DNA of 64,000 nt from a bacterium (GTDB lineage Bacteria; Electryoneota; JAOADG01). Each line of letters starts with the position of its first letter. The first letter of the stretch is position 1. Positions 60,042-64,000 of this stretch are shown piece by piece. The notes under the pieces are model-generated. The model was not told where the DNA came from. It did not search any database and saw nothing but the letters and a program-made list of their open reading frames with translations. A program made the position numbers and the translations under genes. The stretch spans positions 320,001 through 384,000 of the forward strand of contig OY820579.1 of NCBI GenBank assembly GCA_963681965.1, read 5' to 3'.

Positions 60042-60356
60042 TCAGGCTTTGAATCCGAATTGCTTGTCGCCACCCTGTCCACCTGCCTGAATGGTCCCAA
60101 AATTCTCTTCATACTTCTTGATATTGTCTTCCAAAGCAGCGAGGAGTGCTTTCGCATGGGGGGGTGCTAAAATCACTCGCGTTTGAACTTTCGCCTTCGG
60201 CATACCCGGAAGCACCCGGGTAAAATCGAGCACAAACTCGGCATTCGAATGGGTGATCAAGACTAAATTGGAATAAATTCCCTCGCCAATTTTCTCATCG
60301 AGTTCAATCGTCAGTTGTTGTCCGGGTTGTTGTGGTGGTTGCATACCGTTACTCAT
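60042..60356 (-). CDS. DUF3467-family protein
   Basis: EGIYSNL..ITHS..EFVLDF...PG.PKAKV..RVIL.P.HAK. Confidence 0.88.
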   Translation of the reverse strand: MSNGMQPPQQPGQQLTIELDEKIGEGIYSNLVLITHSNAEFVLDFTRVLPGMPKAKVQTRVILAPPHAKALLAALEDNIKKYEENFGTIQAGGQGGDKQFGFKA

Positions 60357-60497
60357 TGTCTGCTCCTATCAATTTTTAATATCCCTTGGTGGGAATAAAT
60401 ACCATTACCGATTGCTACAGTTTACGAAGATGGAAGTCGAGTAGCAATTCCCTCGGGACATCCTTACTTTTCAATGGATCTAAACTCTGGAGTAAAG

Positions 60498-61403
60498 ATG
60501 TCAGCACTCACTTCATCCTACAAAGCCATTATCGAACGCACCAAAGAGTGGATCGATAACGAACCCGGTATCCGCGGACTTGCAATAATCGGTTCTCAAG
60601 CCAGAACATCCCATCCCGCCGATGAATGGTCCGATCTCGATTTCATTATTCTAGCAACCGATACCGAACGGTATTTGCACGATCTTAGTTGGATCGAGTT
60701 AATCGGCACCCACTTACTGACTTTTGTTGCTTCTACCGCCGACCACCGGAATCGCGAGCGCAGAATTTTATTCGATGGGGGACAGGACGTCGATTTTTCC
60801 TTCTTCCCGGTTGAGATGCTGGATCAGATGATCGCAAATGGTATTCCCTTGGATATTGCGAATGAATTGAATCGCGGTGCAAAAATTCTAATCGATAAGG
60901 ATGGACTGCTCGAACGCTTCCACCAAGTCTCCAAAAACATGTTTCGCTCGACCTATGGACTTCCCTCCGAGGAAGAGTTTTCCAATCTGGTGACGGACTT
61001 CTGGTACCATGCCGTTCACGCCGCCAAGCATCTCCGTCGCGGTGAATTATGGTGGTCGAAACAGACTGTCGATCACCATTTAAAGAACCTACTTCGCACG
61101 ATGCTGGAGTGGAACACGCAAGCAGCCAGTCAGGATGAAACCGATACCTGGTTGCACGGTCGACACTTGGAAGAGTGGGCGAATCCACAGTATGTCACAG
61201 CACTCGCCGACGTTTATGCGCATTTCCATACCAACGATATCTGGCGCGCCTTGTTTGCTACGATGAAGCTATTTCGAACGATCGAATATGAAACCGAAAA
61301 GTTGATGCAAATTTCACGGAATCATCACGGTGAAGATGCCGCGGAAGCGTTGGTATACAATTTCTTCCAGCCGGTCGAAGAAGAGTGGATGGACCGTCGT
61401 TAG
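60498..61403 (+). CDS. Aminoglycoside 6-adenylyltransferase (AadK-like) family nucleotidyltransferase
   Basis: GSQAR, DEWSDLD, DVDF, LIDKDG, FWYHA..AAKHLRRGELW, GRHLEEW. Confidence 0.75.
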   Translation: MSALTSSYKAIIERTKEWIDNEPGIRGLAIIGSQARTSHPADEWSDLDFIILATDTERYLHDLSWIELIGTHLLTFVASTADHRNRERRILFDGGQDVDFSFFPVEMLDQMIANGIPLDIANELNRGAKILIDKDGLLERFHQVSKNMFRSTYGLPSEEEFSNLVTDFWYHAVHAAKHLRRGELWWSKQTVDHHLKNLLRTMLEWNTQAASQDETDTWLHGRHLEEWANPQYVTALADVYAHFHTNDIWRALFATMKLFRTIEYETEKLMQISRNHHGEDAAEALVYNFFQPVEEEWMDRR

Positions 61404-61450
61404 TATTGAATCGATAAACAAGTTTCTATAACCCAATTGGTGATTTTTCG

Positions 61451-64000
61451 ATGCCTAAACTTCTGCTAATCGATGCAATGGCAAGCCTGTATCGCAGTTA
61501 TTTTGCGATGGCGAAGATGTCTTTGACATCTCCTCGCGGTCAGAATGTCGCAGCGCTTTACGGCTTTGTGAATACAATGCTCTCACTGCTCGAACGGGAA
61601 AAACCCGATCTGGTAGCCATTTGTACCGATAGTGCGGAGCCGACGTTTCGCCATCAGGCATTTGCGGCATACAAAGCGACCCGGGAATCGATGCCGGACG
61701 ACCTGCAAGCGCAAATCCCGCTGTTGTATTCGTTATTGACAGAAATGAGAATCCCGTTATTGCAAGCACCCGGATTTGAAGCCGACGATATCATCGCAAC
61801 ACTGGCGCAACGTGCATCTCAGGCTAATTTAGAGACGGTTGTGGTATCGGGTGACAAAGATTTAAATCAACTACTCACGTTGCCATCCGTCAGGATGATC
61901 TCGCCTTCTCGAATGGCAAGCGGAAGCTGGTCGGAAGTAACGATTGATAGTGTTAAAGAAAAATTCGGTGTGCCCCCGGAGCAACTGGGTGACTGGCTGG
62001 CAATGGTTGGTGACACCAGCGACAACATTCCCGGTATTCCAAAAATTGGTGGTAAATCCGCAACGGAATTACTCACTCAGTTTGGATCACTTGACGCAAT
62101 TCTATCACGGGTTTCCGAGATTGAAAAGAAATCGTGGAATGAAACCATCGCGGCGAATATCGATCAAGCCCGGCTATCCCGTCAGTTAGTAGCACTCTGT
62201 TTTGAAGCCCCGGCTCCATCGGAGTTGTCGCAACTAACCTATGGACCCTTCGAAGGGGATCGCCTGAGGGACTTACTGAATGAGTTAGGGTTCCGGTCTT
62301 TACTCAATCGTGTTTTAGTATCAACGCCACAAACCAACCAAGAGACCCGAGATTATCAAACCGTCAATAGTTTTTCCAAACTCGACGAGGTGCTCCACGA
62401 GCTTCCGCAATTCGATTTGGTCGCACTCGACACGGAAACCACAGGTATTGATCCCAATCGTGCAATATTGGTTGGCATCTCGCTGAGTGTTCGTCCTCGA
62501 TTGGGATGGTTCATTCACCTCCCATCGTTCGAAGGACACATTACACACTCGACACTGATCACTGATAGCGACAATCTGTTCGCCGCAACCGAACTCACCG
62601 AGTATCCGGCACAACAACCGGTACTCGATCAACTTCGAAACTGGCTGACCGATCCGACTCGAAAAAAATGCGGACAGAATTTCAAATACGATCACATCGT
62701 ATTCGCCCGTGCCGGGGTCGAAGTGCAGGGCTGGGTAGCCGACAGTATGCTGATGAGCTATTTGCTCGATCCAAACAGCCGTAGCCACGGTATCGATCTG
62801 CTCTCATCCAAATATCTTCAATTACCGAAAATTCCGACTCAAGCATTGATCGGATCGGGGAAGAATCAGCGGACAATGGCGGAAGTACCCGTCGATCAGA
62901 TCACCGAATATGCCTGTGAGGATGCCGATTATACTCTGCGGTTGACACGTCTGCTCTCCGAGCGACTTGAAAGTGAACAGTTGAAATCGCTGCATGACGA
63001 GATCGAATGCCCACTCGCCAAAGTGCTCGCGCGAATGGAAATGACCGGTATTTCGATCGATCAATCGATCCTCGCCGAGTTGGCAAAACAATTTGCCTCG
63101 GAAATGATGTCGGTGGAAGCTGATGTTCACAAATTGGCTGGACATCCATTCAATTTGTCGAGTCCATTACAATTATCGAAGGTGTTATTCGAAGAACTTG
63201 GGTTGAAACCGGTACGAAAGACAAAAACCGGATTCTCCACTGATGAAGACGTACTGGAGAAATTAGCGCTGCAAGATTCCACAGTTCCCATTCCGAAATT
63301 GGTGCTGAGGTATCGCGGTTTGGCAAAACTCCGCGGGACTTATGTGGAGGCGCTCCCGAAATTAATCAATCCCAAAACCGGTCGAATACATACTTCCTAC
63401 AATCAAGCAGTCGCCTCTACTGGACGTTTATCCAGTACCGATCCCAATTTGCAGAACATTCCGGTGCGCACGGCAGAAGGGGCTAAAATCCGAACTGCTT
63501 TTGTTGCTGGCTATTCGGGATGGAAGATCCTCTCTGCCGATTATTCGCAAATCGAACTGCGATTGATGGCGCAACTCTCCGGGGACATAACACTCCGTGA
63601 AGCATTTGCACAAGGACACGACATTCACGCCATCACGGCAGCAAAAGTATTTGGCATTCCCCTCGCCGAGGTCACTCGAGAACAACGGAGTTCTGCGAAG
63701 GGAGTGAATTTTGGAATTATTTACGGTCAAACCGATTTCGGTTTATCGGAAGCATTGGCGATTCCCCTCGCCGAGGCAAAGAAATTTCGCGAGCAATACT
63801 TTGCCACTTATCCCGGTGTTCGAACTTATATGGATCGCACGGTCGATTTCGCGCGCAAACATGGTTATGTCATTACTCTATTGGGTCGCAAAAAACCGAT
63901 GCCCGAGATGCATTCGGACAATCGGGCAATGCGAGAATTCTCGGAGCGCGTTTCGATCAATGCTCCGATTCAAGGTACTGCCGCCGATATCATCAAGCTG
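61451..64000 (+). CDS. polA: DNA polymerase I (truncated by the window end)
   Basis: Not in the ORF track. Manual translation MPKLLLIDAMASLYRSYFA...GFEADD...GDTSDNIPG...ALDTETTG...TGRLSSTDPNLQNIP...SADYSQIELR...AKGVNFGIIYG...NAPIQGTAADIIK. Confidence 0.97.
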   Translation, partial: MPKLLLIDAMASLYRSYFAMAKMSLTSPRGQNVAALYGFVNTMLSLLEREKPDLVAICTDSAEPTFRHQAFAAYKATRESMPDDLQAQIPLLYSLLTEMRIPLLQAPGFEADDIIATLAQRASQANLETVVVSGDKDLNQLLTLPSVRMISPSRMASGSWSEVTIDSVKEKFGVPPEQLGDWLAMVGDTSDNIPGIPKIGGKSATELLTQFGSLDAILSRVSEIEKKSWNETIAANIDQARLSRQLVALCFEAPAPSELSQLTYGPFEGDRLRDLLNELGFRSLLNRVLVSTPQTNQETRDYQTVNSFSKLDEVLHELPQFDLVALDTETTGIDPNRAILVGISLSVRPRLGWFIHLPSFEGHITHSTLITDSDNLFAATELTEYPAQQPVLDQLRNWLTDPTRKKCGQNFKYDHIVFARAGVEVQGWVADSMLMSYLLDPNSRSHGIDLLSSKYLQLPKIPTQALIGSGKNQRTMAEVPVDQITEYACEDADYTLRLTRLLSERLESEQLKSLHDEIECPLAKVLARMEMTGISIDQSILAELAKQFASEMMSVEADVHKLAGHPFNLSSPLQLSKVLFEELGLKPVRKTKTGFSTDEDVLEKLALQDSTVPIPKLVLRYRGLAKLRGTYVEALPKLINPKTGRIHTSYNQAVASTGRLSSTDPNLQNIPVRTAEGAKIRTAFVAGYSGWKILSADYSQIELRLMAQLSGDITLREAFAQGHDIHAITAAKVFGIPLAEVTREQRSSAKGVNFGIIYGQTDFGLSEALAIPLAEAKKFREQYFATYPGVRTYMDRTVDFARKHGYVITLLGRKKPMPEMHSDNRAMREFSERVSINAPIQGTAADIIKL

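Overview
Chromosomal window from a diderm bacterium of moderate GC. The gene repertoire (CcsBA-type heme lyase, DUF3467, DUF6249, LA_2272-like repeats, CitD-CitE fusion) is compatible with an FCB-group lineage, but that placement is an inference. Left to right: (1) a minus-strand envelope signalling operon (secreted Fn3-like protein, FecR-domain protein, 796-aa outer-membrane barrel, CHASE2 protein cut by the window edge); (2) His-tailed EamA transporter, system II cytochrome c maturation genes, a FapA/DUF342-like protein and an ABC-2 exporter; (3) tgt-yajC-def, CitD-CitE fusion, M23 protein and a radical SAM + AlkD-like pair; (4) an accessory hot spot (about 20.7-35.4 kb) with a TerY-PP2C-kinase triad, a REP-associated tyrosine transposase carrying an in-frame amplified REP array inside its own gene, two REP families, AT-rich orphans (one bracketed by an inverted REP pair), and an hsp20...groES-groEL run preceded by a CIRCE that contains a perfect sigma54 promoter; (5) a 21-kb type IV pilus locus that also holds a Wza/SLBB export protein, a large Ig-repeat lipoprotein and two tandem PilX-like paralogues, with a sigma54 promoter and a structured leader upstream of pilA; (6) an ECF sigma module, M20 peptidase, DUF3467, an AadK-like nucleotidyltransferase and polA cut by the edge. 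No rRNA, tRNA or CRISPR array was recognised. All family assignments come from motif recognition by eye, with no database search. Several start codons were re-called from RBS position.
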